Shown: piece after piece, positions 27,307 through 44,000 of the stretch | Layout of the letters: the number at the start of each line of letters is the position of its first letter | Position numbering within the stretch: position 1 is the stretch's first letter | Source: Eledone cirrhosa | Taxonomy: Eukaryota | Assembly (NCBI GenBank): GCA_964016885.1 | Contig: OZ024743.1 | Coordinates: 29,574,001-29,638,000 of the forward strand | Length of the DNA stretch: 64,000 bases | Direction of reading: 5' to 3' | Made by a program: the position numbers and the translations under genes | Notes under the pieces: generated by a model | Told to the model about the DNA's origin: nothing | Seen by the model: only the letters and a program-made list of their open reading frames with translations | Database searches by the model: none

Positions 27307-29710
27307 TGTGAGGCTGGAGAAGGAGGAGGGACGTCTAGTGGGCTAAGTCCCAGCCGGTTCCACGTTTCACAGGCGGCCTCACGTTCTCTGAACACAGAGG
27401 GTTCTGTTGTGTTTTGAAGAACCCTGCTGACGAGGACGCGACACGAGGTTACCGACGAAAGATACGCCGGCAAAGCTAGTGAGATCGGAGACCGGAGGCC
27501 TAGGCCGCTATACCTGAGAGGTAAAGTGGCCTGTTGCCACCCTATGTCGTCAAACTTGACGTTGCATATCCCCTCGGCTGCTGCTCGGATACAAGTATCG
27601 AGGTCAGCGAGGAGAGATGTCTGGGTGTAGCATGGAGCGCTGCGGAATGTATAGAGGAGCTTCGGCATGGCGAAGCAGTTCCTCAACAGAAAGAGAGCTG
27701 GAAGGCCGTCAATCGAGCCCAGTCGGCTCGTGAGAGTCTGGAGATGTTGAAGCCTGGACCTGGTGGTGGAGCGGATGGCCGGCGGGTGGATCAGTTACCC
27801 GAGGATGAGGACATCCTCTTTGGGGGTTACCTGAACCTGGCGGAGAATGTACCGCACGTCCAAGACGGAGGCTGCAAAGCTCGCAGCATCGAGGCTGACG
27901 TTCACCACCTCCGACTTGGCCAAGTTGACCTGGAGGCGATTCCCGCCAGGGTAGGAACCACCGATTGAGGGTCATGGCAGACCGTCCGTACGGGCCCGAC
28001 CAACGTAGCATCATCCAGATACCAAACGTTGAGAGGGGCCGTGATACTCCGGGCGGTGTGGTCAATACCAAGGGCGAACAGGAGGGGTCCCAAAGGGTCG
28101 GCCTGTTGGACCCCAGTAGCCAAGGGTATGACCGTATCAGCAGCAAGGAGCATACTCGGGGCTCTATATGACAGGTAGGCCAGCGGGTAGGCAGAGGGGG
28201 CTCGACTGAGGCAGGCCTCGAGCTGATGATCCCGCCGTAAAGATTTGAAGGCATTCCTCATGTCCAGTTTGACAATGAGGTGCCTGGAGTCCGTGCATGC
28301 CGCTTCCGATGGGCAACTGTTGAAGAACTGCCTAGTTGCATGGGCGGCCCCCTCACAACCACCGGATACGCCGACAGTCAGTTACATTGGACTATAACCC
28401 TCAGCCAGTTCGTGTGAGATCACCTTGGCAGCCAGCCTCCGAAAGACATTACCCACAGCATGGGACGTATGCCACCCTCTTTCTTCCTGTGAGCGGTGAG
28501 GCTGGCCGATAAAAAGAGGCCTCAGGCTTAAGGGTCCAGGGCACCATGGATGAGCCTATTGGTGAGCGCCATAATCGCACTCAGAAGGCGGCGCTCGGCC
28601 TCAGCGGAGATGGGGGATGTCAACTCCTAGAGGTGGTCTGGTCGGAGAAGGTCAACACCTCCGCAGCTGCTAGCTGGGAAGGACCTGATGGCGGACATGA
28701 AATCTGCATCAGTAGCCACAAGGAGCAAGTGGGGGTCGGGAGGGGGTATGGGTCTGAGATCAGTGGGTGGCTCAGGGTGTTTGAGCCGCAGAGCAGCCAG
28801 GACCTCCTCGGTGGGTTGGAGGACAGTGTTCTCTGAGGCAACAACTCTGACTGCGGCCGAGACATCACCCATGATAAGCTTGGCGTTTATCTGGTCACGC
28901 AAACGCTTGGCGCTGGCCTCAGGGGTGGAGGATAGGAGGTACCTGAGGGTGGGGTATGTGGCGTCTCTGGGCACGCTTGGAATGAGCGCTCGCCCAAAGG
29001 ACGATACATTGGCCTTGACGAAGGCTGCTGTAGACCGGCCGCCCCGGTCAGCGCCAGTGCTGGGAGGCCGAGAGCGAGTGGGGAGAAATAGAACCGCCGC
29101 TCCCAGTCACTGGCTCGATTGAAGTCCAGGGCGCTCTCAATCGAGGAAGCGAGGGCATCAGCTACCGGCACCCGAACCGCTCTCGGGATCCTGAGTGGGA
29201 TCTTCCGGAGCCGCCTGAGCCGAGCGATGTTGACCAGCGAGGCTCGGGCGTCAGGCAAGCTCGCTGTCCCATCCGCTGGTGTGCCAGACGGCCGTGGCTG
29301 GAAAGACGTGGGGAAGAGGCAGCTCCTGCACCTCCACTTTGCGAGGGCATTGGAAGCTCGACGTGTCAAGCCAACGCAGGTGAGGTGGTGGAAGCAGCCG
29401 CACCCCAAATAATTCCGGCCCCTCTTCCGTTTGTTAGTGGTGCTGCAAGTGCTGCAGGGGTGGGGGATGGGGAACGGGCAGGGGACTGGGGCACCGAGCG
29501 GCATCAGGAGTGGGTGGCTGGCGTGTGTGGGTGGAAGGGAAAGTGCTGGTAAGAGGGCGTCATAGCTCACCTATATATATGGAGGTGCCAGAAAACAAGA
29601 TAGAAAAGCAGGGGCGCTTCGACTTCTTTGCCGTCCTCCAGGGAAATGCCTTCTCCATTTTGTCCGCCGGGTCTGTGGGTGGGCCCCATCGCGTACCGTT
29701 GTAGTTGTTG
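27307..29710 (-). mobile_element. Decayed CRE-clade non-LTR retrotransposon with an N-terminal PHD-like finger; 3' RLE part missing
   Basis: GC-rich island; frameshifted pieces: CSTC...FHHLTCVG...WRCRSC, GDVSAAVR, GGVDLLRPDHL, DMRNAF, GVQQADPLGPLLF, WYLDD, PKLLYTFR, ATLPLRYSGLGL. Confidence 0.85.
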
Positions 29711-32163
29711 TATACAGATATTAACTCATCAATCCCATTGTCCTAATAATATATATATATATATTTACATTTTTTAAATAAGACAAAACCACGATTATGG
29801 TATATATAAAGTCGTAGACTATTTATTGGTGATGATATGAACATCTGGTTCAGGTCAGTTTTATGAAAAAAAAAAATAATCGGATTCTATCTTACCTCTG
29901 ACGTAGTGTTAATGAAATGAAATAATTCATGCTCAGAACATCATTGAAAAATTATATGCCTAACATTAGCAATTTGCAACGAGTCAACCTGTGCGCTCTT
30001 TGATTTCGCACGACCTGCTGCAAAGAACAGCTAAATATTTTCCAAATCATACTTTACCTATGGCAGAGTAAATATATGTGAAAGGCATATTAACTATGTC
30101 AGAGAGCAAATAGAGTTTTCCTGGTTGTAATCCGTTTGATGATGTGTCTTCTCAGTCAGAGATGACCTGGATCACTACAACAAGAACATCAAATATTATC
30201 CACTATATGAAGCTGATAGGCACCCAAGCGATGCAATATCTAGTAATAAAGGTGAAATACTTACATATGTTGATTTCTATTTGTAATGTTATCACGACAT
30301 GTCTGATAGTGCATATGCATAATAAATCGCTTAGCTAAATTTGGTTGTAGTAGTTTTATCAGGTCTAGACAGAAAAGGTTCATTTAATTTCTAATAATCT
30401 AAATTCTCACAGCAATTAATGTTATTTAGCTCTTAATTAAAATTTGAAAGATATCAGTTGTCACGTAGATGGAACATTAAAATGTTAGCAATGATTCGGC
30501 ATTGATTTTACATTGGGGAAATGTTTCGCTTAATTGCATGTATATTGTCTCTTAAATATTCAATTTCTGAAGATTTGGGTGGTAGATCTACTACGTAGTT
30601 CAGTTGAATACGACCAACGTTTGTGTATCCTTAGCGATTACCACTCTATCATAAGCATATGGACCTAGTCATTGATTGAGATTAGATGTGCCACAACTTC
30701 CTTGCGTTGTAAACTATGTGCCGTGGTTCCTTCTTCCATTTTCTGGGAGAGCTAGGAAATCTCACAAGCGCTAACCTACCCCTCTTCCTAGTCCATAAAA
30801 AATAAGCATCATACCCGTGAAGTTGTTTCCCGTTTTATTCAGAAAGGGAAGTCCAGTTCCCATACTCCTTTTTATCGCGACTAATGATACAATTACGAGT
30901 AGGAAAAATGTTATCTTCAAATCGGAGGCCTACCATGGATGCTTGCAGCAACATGAAACCATAACCAAAATATCTAACAATAAAAAGCCGGAACAAATAC
31001 TCCAAGTCAACTCGTGTGATGTTCTATTTATTCTGCTAATCCATCGGGCAGGACAAGGTAGTTTATTCTATCATTTCCAACAAAGATGATAGTTTAAGTT
31101 CAATTACGTGGGAGATGAATGCAAAACAGAAGGCTCTTCCAATTTCAACGTTTTCTGTGCAGGCAGAAGATAACTGTTGATAATTATTTAGACACAAAAA
31201 TAGTTTATATGTAATTCAAAACTCAACGAATTTTACCGTCTGGAGATCGATACTTTCAGTTCATATAAAAATATCTAGACATCAATTTGAATTACCTGTG
31301 TCTAATTGAACCGATATTGTCTGTCTTTTAAATCTTTGAAGAATTTTAATTCCGCGAGGAATGAACTGAACCCACAAACTACTTTCAATTCCTTGTTAAT
31401 TAATTGATATACAATAGTATAGGTATTACAAAAAGGAAAAGACTAAAGCAACTGCTGTATTTCAGACACAATATATGTTACCCTATTTATCAATACTATA
31501 GGGATATTATAACGAAATAACATAGAATATTATTAGATAAATATAAACTTCACGGCACCAATATATGACTAGCATACAAATATGAAAACAACGTTTCTAT
31601 CAATAAATTTAAAATTGCAAAAGTGAGCAGCTATGATTACCGAAGAGAATTTACGTAGGTAATCTGCGATACATACCAAATAAAATACTTCCACAATTTA
31701 GCAAGCTGTCAATGAAATCAAATTTAAAGTAGAAAAGAAGAGACAACTTATTTGTACTAACAGTAACTATAGTATATAATAGTAATAGCGGTGCGTATGC
31801 ACCAGTCTATGTAGGTGGATATAGGGCGATAAGATTTTTATAGCCACTCAAATGGCTTGAAATTTATCATATAGATATTCATTAAGATACCTTATTTTTA
31901 TGTATGGATGTACGTATGTATGTATGTATGTATGTATGTATGTATGTATGTATGTATGTATGTATGTATCTATGTATGCATGCCTGTATATATGGATGAA
32001 TGAATGTATGTATGTAGGTACGTAAGTATGCATGTCTATATAAATATACCTTTCTAATATATATATATATATATATAATTAAAAGATTAACAAGGTTCAA
32101 TGAATTAATCAATGAATAAAGTTTCACAATAGATTAGAAGCACTCTACATTGAGGTTTTCTGG

Positions 32164-34866
32164 AGTTATTAATATTACTTTAAGATATTAATAAATATAG
32201 ACATTCATGTGATCAAATTCATTTTATTATACATATTTCAGAGGTACTGAACTATTTCACAGTACGTGCTCATCAGATAAAATAAGTTGATGCCTGACAT
32301 ACCTTAACTATGTTAATGGTTATAATTCAGTCATGGCAGTGATTGGTTATGACAAAACTAAATATTTATATACCTTAAGTTGAAACATGAAAAATTAGAT
32401 ATAATACAGAGAGTGCGTATGATAATGTGTATAAAGATATATAATAATAAATAACTAATAATATATAATACATAAACTTATATAACTGTTACAAATTTAA
32501 ATAATAATAAGACATGCATACCTCATTATTGGAGATAGAGGAAGCGAGAGAACGAGAAAGCAAATCACGAAGAAAGAGAGAAAAAGAAAGAGATTTGATC
32601 GTAGGAACAAAAGAAGGGAGAAATGTTCAAAGGATAGAGAGAAGAAATGAAAATAAGTTTAAGAGTATTAACAAAGAGAGGAAGATATGCACTGTAACGT
32701 ATAAATAGCGTATAATTAGATAGGGAGGAAAGAATATCTAGGCATATGATGCGTGACCGTTTATTTTCAAATCTTAAGAAATAGTCAATTAATCAAATGA
32801 CATAAGATTTTAGACTATGAAATTTGAAAGGATTTATATTATTGTATTCTGTGAGAGTTAAAGCAAATGTAACGTGAAAGAGATAAATTTATGTTTATCA
32901 TAACTCCAAAGGTAATCACAAGTATATTTAAAAGTATATCCTGCTATCAAAACACCCCTGGAAAATTTATTCTTTAAGGCATTAGATAATTGCTTTCCCA
33001 ATACACATAAGTACCATTCCATATTCAATAGACACACAATTAAGCTATTTTATTCTACAACTATGAATATGGCTCAGAACATTGCAAAAATAAATAGTAG
33101 AATTCTTAATCATAACCAACAAACACTTAGGGATAATGGCAATATTAACATTAGCAATAATATTGATACTGTGAATAACAATAACTTTAATTTAAGCACT
33201 CACAATAGAACACCTCCAAGTATTAGCAATGATAACGTGTACAGTTTAAACTATAGTAATAACAGTAAATCGAAATGTAACTGTAGAAATAGATCGAATT
33301 GCCCTCTGCAAAATAATTGTCTTGATAAGAACCTAGTTTATAAATGTACAGTTAAAGCAAATAACTTCACCTACAACTATATAGGTGCAACCTTCATCGA
33401 GCTTTAAATTAATATTTTCTAATCACAAACACTCTTTTTCGAATCCGGATAAGAAATTCTCTTCCTCTTTATCACAGCTTATCGTTAAAAGACAAACATT
33501 TCAAATATTCAATATTTTGGTCCAAACTTTGTAGTAGTCAAGTCTACTTAAATTCCTCAATATCACCTAACTGCAATCTTTGTAAATTGGAGACCCTATT
33601 AATAATTACTAATTATGATAACTTAATTAACAAAAAAAGTGAATTATTCTCAGATTGCTTGCACAAAGCTGCATCTACATTCCAAGCTTCACAAAAAATC
33701 AGGAAAAAACATTGAATAAATGTGAAATGATTTAGACGTTTATTAATAATTCTGAGCGTGAAACGATATTGTCTCAGATTAAAAATTATTGTAATGCTTT
33801 TATTATTTATGGTATTATTAATATTAGATTAAGGGTTTCTACCTAAACATAGAAATTGTTAACCTGATCTCTGGTTGAGTATGTATGACCTTTAGATTGA
33901 ATCGAATTTATAGCACGCTTAACAGTAATTATATTATATATAAGTAACTAATATCGTCTTAAACCTTAAACCTTATAGTCTATATATAAATTATACAAAT
34001 GAGTATATCTAGATAAATCTTTATGGTTTATTAATAACATTTTAATTTTAATGTTTTCTGACTAATATATTGATTATATTCTTAATTTTAATATAATTTT
34101 AAATATACTTGTGATTACCTTTGGAGTTATGATAAACATAAATTTATCTCTTTCAAGTTACATTTGCTTTAACTCTGATAGAATACAATAATATAAATCC
34201 TTTCAAATTTTATAGTCTAAAATATTATGTCATTTGATTAATTGACTATTTCTAATTAACATAAGATTTGAAAATAAACGGTCACCCATCATATGCCTAG
34301 ATATTATTCCCCCCACTATCTAATTATACGCTATTTATACGTTAAATGCATATCTTCCTCCCTTTGTTTATACTCTTAAACTTATTTTCATTTCTTCTCT
34401 CTATCCTTTGATCAGTTCTCCCTTCTTTTGTTCCTACGATCAAATCTCTTTCTTTTTCTCTCTTTCCTCACGATTTGCTTTCTCGTTCTCTCACTTCCTC
34501 TATCTCAAATAATGAGGTATGCATATATTGTTATTTAAATTTTTAACAGTTATATAAGTTTATGTATTATATATTATTAGTTATTTATTATTATATATCT
34601 TTATACACATTATCATACGCACCCTATGTATTATATGTAATCTTTCATGTTTCAACTTAAGGTATATAAATATTGTGTTTTGTCATAACTAATCACTGCC
34701 ATGACTGAATTATAACCATGAACATAGTCAAGGTATGTCAGGCATCAACTTATTTTATCTAATGAGGACGTACTGTTGAAATAGCTCAGTACCTCTGAAA
34801 TATGTATAATAAAATATATTTGATCACATGAATGTCTATATTTATTAATATTTTGAAGTAATATTA
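32164..34866 (+). mobile_element. 5'-truncated Penelope-like element with an approx. 770-bp inverted copy of its 3' end
   Basis: ORF 33063-33407 CNCRNRSNCPLQNNCLDKNLVYKC...YIGAT (PLE Zn linker plus GIY-YIG); arms 32164-32932 and 34098-34866 are inverted. Confidence 0.9.
32221..32283 (-). ncRNA. Type I hammerhead ribozyme (the mirror at 34752-34815 has CTAATGA)
   Basis: attttat-CTGATGA-gcacgtactg...cagtacctct-GAAA-tatgta-TA-ataaaat. Confidence 0.8.
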
Positions 34867-34885
34867 TATATATATAGAAATTACA

Positions 34886-36831
34886 TATAGAAATTACATG
34901 AATCAAAGTTCAGTTTAATCATTTATTTGCTTACAATTGTTTCCTCGGAGCAACTATTTAGTGATTTTTTACATACTTGACTTCCTTTTCAACACAAGAG
35001 ACATAAAAACATATGTATATATTGACCCACAGTGGGTTGACATCCATCATAATAATATAGCATGGCAATTTACATACGAAGGTTACAGTCATATTAAAGG
35101 ACAAAATTAAAGTTAAAATAAAAATAAAAATAAAAATAAAAATAAAACATTGGCAGTTTATGAAGATAAATCAAGGGGAAAGTTTAGAGTAGTCAGTGTA
35201 TGAAACAGTCTCACGTGTGACATGCACGTGTGTCTTATTTATACAGGATTATAGTGCGGCAGATTTTTACATGTAAAACAAGCAGTTAAAGCAGGCAATC
35301 AATAGCATCATGGGGGCTGTATTGTTAAAGCATTTTTCACACACACCTGTACGATATATAAGCCCGTGTGTAGAGAAACACCAAAAATATCAAAAATATT
35401 ACGAATGAGAAGCAAAACAGCACCACTGTCCTCGCACCCACCACCACTCACACAATCCAGGAAACGCAATTTATAGACTACATGTCCATCACACAATCCA
35501 CGATGATTCAACATTGGGTGTCTGGTGAACCATGTTATAAATCATAGCTTGTCGTTCCTTAATTCGATTCATAGATCAGGTTGTTTTTGTTGTGAGAGAT
35601 GACATTGTATTATGTTCCGGAAGTGTGTGTGTGATTAAGGGGAGTTAATGTATTTGTATGAGAGAATTGATCTCTGGATCACCCTGGTGATATTTAACTT
35701 TTCCATGCATTCAGACATACAATGACGCAGAGCTTACCGGGAGTCATATATAGTAATAAGACCCTGCCAGGTTCTGCGGGTGGTCTACACTTACAAAGAT
35801 CATTGATTTGGAGGTCTGACTCTTCTTGTAGAATGTTCTGTTGTGGCACTACATGATAGAAGGTAATCATCCTGATATGAACACCTTTAGTACTTCTTGA
35901 TAGACTACACTTTAATTTATAGATAAGATACTTAAATTTAGAAATTGTTTATAACCTTATATGATAGGGACTCATCTGAAACACCATTAATGTACTTTAG
36001 GATAATAAATTTAACTATGAAAATCAGCTAGTTACCTCCCCTTACGCATTAACTCCCCTTAATCACACACACACTTCCGGAATATAATACAATGTCATCT
36101 CTCACAACAAAAACAACCTGATCTATGAATCGAATTAAGGAACGACAGGCTATGATGTATAACATGGTTCACCAGACACCCAATGTTGAATCATCGTGGA
36201 TTGTGTAATGGACATGTAGTCTATAAATTGCGTTTCCTGGATTGTGTGAGTGGTGGTGGGTGCGAGGACAGTGGTGGTGTTTTTCTTCTCATTTGTAATA
36301 TTTTTGATATTTTTGGTGTTTCTCTACACACGGGCTTATATATCGTACAGGTGTGTGTGAAAAATGCTTTAACAATACAGGCCCCATGATGCTATTGATT
36401 GCCTGCTTTAACTTCTTGTTTTACATGTAACAATCTGCCGCACTATAATCCTGTATAAATAAGACACGCGTGCATGCCACACGTGAGACTGTTACATACA
36501 CTGACTACTCTAAACTTTCCTCTTGTTTTATCTTCATAAACTGCCAATATTTTATTTTTAATTTTATTTTTATTTTAACTTTAATTTTGTCCTTTAATAT
36601 GACTGTAACCTTTGTATGTAAATTGCCATGCTATATTATTATGATGGATGTCAACCCACTGTGGGTCAATATATAGATATGTTTGTATATGTCTCTTGTG
36701 TTGAAAAGGAGGTCAAGTATGTAAAAAATCACTAAATAGTTGCTCCGAAGAAACCAAACCTCGGTTTGGAGGAAACAATTGTAAGCAAATAAATGATTTA
36801 AACTGAACTTTGATTCATGTAATTTCTATAT
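34886..36831. mobile_element. Fold-back element with approx. 770-bp inverted arms and an approx. 400-bp spacer
   Basis: Mirror ORFs 35308-35514(-) and 36183-36389(+); arms 34886-35652 and 36047-36831. Confidence 0.9.
36740..36788 (+). ncRNA. Hammerhead ribozyme, core CCGAAGA (U4C); the mirror at 34927-34953 lacks stem II
   Basis: ttgct-CCGAAGA-aaccaaac ctcg gtttggag-GAAA-caattg-TA-agcaa. Confidence 0.7.
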
Positions 36832-36985
36832 AACTGCTCTGTAAAACAACTGATGTTATTACATTGAGCTATTTATCTTACTGGTAATAGGATAGTAATA
36901 AATTAGTCTTTCACTATTTAGAGTTTAAAATATATATAACTATAAAAGGTTCTATTATATACATAACCATAAATAGTATCCTTAA

Positions 36986-37058
<73 letters not shown>

Positions 37059-37095
37059 CAGAGGTAAGGTTCTATACAAAACAGTGAATATAAAG

Positions 37096-37774
37096 AAAAG
37101 GTGAAGTTGGAAATAGTACGGAAAATATATTTTAAGGGTTTGTTTTTCTTTTTTTTCCATTTCTTTGATTCGTCTAGTGACATGATGACATTATTGAAAA
37201 GATTAAAGGGAAAATTCTTTTAAAAAGAGTTTTATAATGTATATAAAGTATATAAAGTATTACCGGTTTCGATGTATTATTAAAATTTATCTCATCTAAT
37301 GTTGCGTATTACAATTAAAAACTAAAAATTTGAGATTTAAAATTAAGTGTTGGAGTAATTTTTTTTCCCATCTTCCATTGTCAGAAGTGGACTAGAGAAT
37401 GAGTTCTTGTGTATATACAGACAGGTGTGTAGTCATGATAGTAGCAGCAGTGTTGGTAGTTGTGTTTCTTCCCAGAACAAAACTGTTTTTGGGGGGCAAA
37501 GGAAATATTCTGAAAATATGTGTCTGTATACCTGATTGTGTTAATCGTCTGGTCAACAGTTCAAATAGGGATGGGGAATTGTAAGCTAGGGACAAATTCT
37601 ATGGCAGCACTAGGGTGTACAAGAAATTCTAGTATTGGAATATGGTTTTAGGGCGTGAGTGTATAGTGTGAGGGTGTATGTCATCTTTTCAATAATGTCA
37701 CTTTGAGGAATCAAAGAAAGGAAAAAAAGAAAAACAGACCCTAAAAAATATTTTATCCATGCTATTTCCAACTT

Positions 37775-37782
<8 letters not shown>
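37096..37782. mobile_element. Older fold-back element between microsatellites
   Basis: 37096-37204 is the inverse of 37683-37782; degenerate minus-strand TAGATGA-gat...atc-GAAA-ccgg-TA near 37257-37303. Confidence 0.6.
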
Positions 37783-37861
<79 letters not shown>

Positions 37862-37893
37862 CTCCCATGCATACGTGTGGATGTGTGTATATT

Positions 37894-40199
<2,306 letters not shown>

Positions 40200-40303
40200 C
40201 AATACCAAATGCAGCTGGAACAGAGATTCCAGTGCAAACATCACCAACAACAAGAAGTGAAAGAGTGGAGCTGGTACCCCTCCCCGACCTCACATAATCA
40301 GAC

Positions 40304-40858
40304 ATGGAGTGTGAGGTGGGAGAGGGATGGCAAAAGGTCGTAAGAAGGCACAAACGCAGAAGCAGCGCATCGTCGCCTTTGAAAAGGGAGGAAAGAAATG
40401 AAAAACGGGTAAAGTCTACTGCAAAGAGGCTCACAGCAGCAACACCACCAATACCATCACCACCCACACTAGAACCACCATCACCACCGGCGACAACCCC
40501 ACCGCCAACAACAACAACACCTTCAACACCACCACCGCAAGCACCAACATCGCAAACACAACAACAAAACACACACATCCAGCAAAAACGACAAGAAAAT
40601 AGCAGAACCACACCCCACCCCCAGAAAAACAAATGCACGGCAATAAATACACACAACAAGAAACTAATGACTTACATAATTGAACACACAGACATTTCAC
40701 AATACGACTACATAATACCAGCACCAATCGAAACGCCAACTAACATAACACTGCTAAAAATAGCACAGAAACAATACACAAACATTAAAACGAAATTCTC
40801 CAACGCAGTTGGTGATTTCAGAGACATAGGAACGACTATCAACCGAAGAGTATATTAG
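40304..40858 (+). CDS. LINE ORF1 C-terminal, Pro/Thr-rich remnant
   Basis: WQKVVRRHKRR basic motif and low-complexity tract directly upstream of ORF2. Confidence 0.5.
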   Translation: MECEVGEGWQKVVRRHKRRSSASSPLKREERNEKRVKSTAKRLTAATPPIPSPPTLEPPSPPATTPPPTTTTPSTPPPQAPTSQTQQQNTHIQQKRQENSRTTPHPQKNKCTAINTHNKKLMTYIIEHTDISQYDYIIPAPIETPTNITLLKIAQKQYTNIKTKFSNAVGDFRDIGTTINRRVY

Positions 40859-41010
40859 GACATACTCATAGAAGAGCCGATGACCAGCCGAAGGGAAGAT
40901 TCAACGGTCCCTTCACCAGACGATCAAGTGAAAAGGGATGTAAAAACCATCCCTCCTCTACGAAAAGTACGGTAAGTGGTCTTTCCCATCTTTTCCACCC
41001 TATTTTAAAC

Positions 41011-44000
41011 ATGACCTCACTCAGAATAGGCAGCATAAATGCGCGTGGCTTGGGGTCGTCATGGAAGCAGGGTCACCTGCTCAACGACCTCAGGTCACTA
41101 AACAAAATGTAGTGGCTATCAGCGAGACCAAAATCTCCGAAGCACGGGCCTTCACACCGATCTTCGGCGGCTACAATGTGTACGCATCTCCCAGCCGTCC
41201 TGGATCGGGGGGAGGAGTTGCTGTGCTTTTTCGGAGAGGTTTGGATCTCGCCATACGGGCCATCTTCCTGGACCCAGAGGGTAAGTTGGTGGTGCTGGAC
41301 TTGACCAGCGGAGACGGGCAAGCTTTCAGGCTAGTGGCCGTCTATGCCCCGACAGGAGCAGGGCGGCCTGATTTCTTCCGGCGTCTGGAGACCTTTCTTG
41401 GAACGTCCCGCTCTTTAGTGTTAGTGGGCGACTGGAACGGGATCTTAGATGCACGCTGGGACTGTGTGGGATTAGTGGATAGGGGTGGAGGGTGCAAGAG
41501 CCTCACCAACCTGCTCAGGCGTTTTGAACTGTCTGACAGGTACCGATTGGATTTCCCGAATGTGCCAATGTGGACTTGGACAAATCGCATAGGGTCATCC
41601 AGATCATATCAAGATAGAGTATTTTGTAGGGAAATAGATAGGTCTAGCATAGGCTGTCCACAATTCAAGATATTCAGCTACACGGACCACAAATTCGTGA
41701 TCTGTGTGCTTGACTTTGATAGGCTTCATAGACGAGGACCGGGCTACTGGAAGCTAAACGCGTCCTTACCAGCGTGCAAGGCCTACAGAGACCGGATTAG
41801 CGAACTAGTTAAGCGGGCGTTGACGGGGGCCATCGTCAACAACAAGTGGTGGTTTGCTCTGAAAAGAGCGATTAGAATAGAATCCATTAGGTTTAGTAAG
41901 GCTTTAGCAATAGAGAAAAATAGAGCAGAGGGAGAACTAGTTAGAAAATTAGACGAGGCGCTTAGCAAAAGCATTGCGACCGACGTGCTTGCGGCGAAAT
42001 TGGCCCTTGACCAATTCTTCAATGCAAAGCACGAAGGCTGCGTTGTCAGAGCAAGGGTGCGTGCTCTCAGACACGAGGGGACGAAAGCCGTTCAATGGGC
42101 CCGAGTGGCGGAGGCGCGTCGTGGCAACACAGCCACGATCCGGTCTTTGGTGGACCACGACGGGCGCATGCTACTCGATCCCGGGCAAATGTGTGAAGCT
42201 TTTCTGCGACACTTCGCTCAGCTGTTCGGGGGCAGCGGTGGGCCGGGTCGAGAGATGGACTTTAGTGTCTACCTCGACGGACTGCCGCGGCTCTCGGCCA
42301 CTGAGGCGAAGTGTTGCGAAAAGCCCATAACAGCCGCTGAAGTAAGGGAGGCAATGACTGGCTGCACAAGGGGTAAATCGCCTGGTTTGGATGGTCTGCC
42401 CTATGAACTTTACGTACAGATGCCAGACTTGTTCGGAGGCCTCTTGGCGGACGTCTACTGCAACTGGCAACAGAACGGGAGAATTCCCAGTTCTGTGTGC
42501 CGAGAAGCGGTGGCACTGCTGAGAAAGGATCCGAACAAGGGGGATAACATAGATAATTTCCGGCCCATAGCCCTGCTAAACACAGAGTTCAAGATTTTGG
42601 CCAAGGTGCTAGCAAAGAGGTTGGCGCTTGTCGTTGGTGGTCTGGTGGGAGAGGCGCAGACATGCGCCATTCCCCACAGATCCATCCACGACAACCTCCA
42701 CCTCATGCGATACATCGTAGAGAGGGTAGCTAGGGAACCTGGGACGGGTGGGCCCTTGATCAATTTAGATCAGTCGAAAGCTTTCGATAGGGTCGACCAT
42801 CGTTACCTAGCGGCAGTCCTGAGGGCGGCTGGCTTTGGGCCCGTCTTCAGAGGCTGGATCGCTGCCATGCACAGCGACATCTGCTCTGTGGTGAAAGTGA
42901 ACGGTCACCTTTCGGAACCGTTCAACATCATGCGCTCGGTCCGCCAAGGATATCCCGTCTTGTCCCTCTTGTACATATTGACTCTCGAGCCATTACTGCA
43001 CAAACTGGAGACGTTGAGGGGCATCCCGCGCGAACTAGGATGCGGAAGATCTGTGTCAGCATATGCGGACGATGTCACCGTAGTGGTGTCGAACGCCAAA
43101 CACATCGAGGCGATCGGCACTACACTAAAAGAATACGAAGCGGTGACAGGAGCACTGATCAACCAGGAAAAGTCAGTGGGCCTGCAGCTCGGCACCTGGA
43201 GAGGCAGGTCCATGCCGTCCAACAGCTTCGTCGGACGCTGGACGGACAGACCGGTTAAATTGCTAGGGGTCTGGTTCGGTCCGGACCTCCAGACGGACAA
43301 AAACTGGGACGAGGTGACGAGCAGGGTGGCTTCTCTCACCCAGAAATGGGCGGAAAGGAAGCTATCCCTGAAAGGTCGAGCGGAGGTGGCTAACGCGTAC
43401 ATCGCGTCTGTCATCTGTTACCGCCTGACCGTCGTACCTTGTCCTAAGCCTCGCCTGACTGCGCTGGAGCGTTTGCTCTTTCGCTTTTTGTGGAAGGGAC
43501 GGGCTCCGATGGTCAGGCGGTCCTTGTGTTGTCAACACCCGCTACGTGGTGGGCTGGGCATGCCGTGGCTGATGATGCGCAGGCACGCGCTCAGGCTACG
43601 ACATCTCCACCTCTTCCTCGACGGTGATCAGGCGTGGTCGCCGTTTGCTAGACACGTATTTCCCCAGCTCGTTTCCTTGACGGAGCTGCAGTCCTGGGTC
43701 AAGCGAAGACAGAGAGGGAGCGCCTGGAGACTGGAATGTTTTCAGGCGCTCACAGCCCTCGACCAATCGGGCAATGTGATCGGTGGAAACTCCACCTCGG
43801 CGTTCTATAGAGGATTAGTGGAGGGGAAGAGCGACGTCGTACTTGGGGAAACTCTAGGCGTCGACGAAAATCAACTAGCCAATCTCTTCGGAAGAACTTT
43901 GGGGCCAGGGCCTATGGACAACTTCCAGAAATCTCTGGCCTGGCAGTGCTACCGAGGAGCTTTGCCAGTTCGGGATAAACTCTACAGGCATGGAGGTGCC

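Noticed and set aside
35308-36389. Two mirror 68-aa ORFs (MLNHRGLC...)
   Set aside because: They result from the inverted repeat and show no recognisable domain
32164-36831. DNA transposon (MITE/Foldback TIR) interpretation of the long inverted repeats
   Set aside because: No TSDs or transposase are seen; the arms have ragged inner ends, carry hammerheads, and in one case enclose PLE endonuclease sequence
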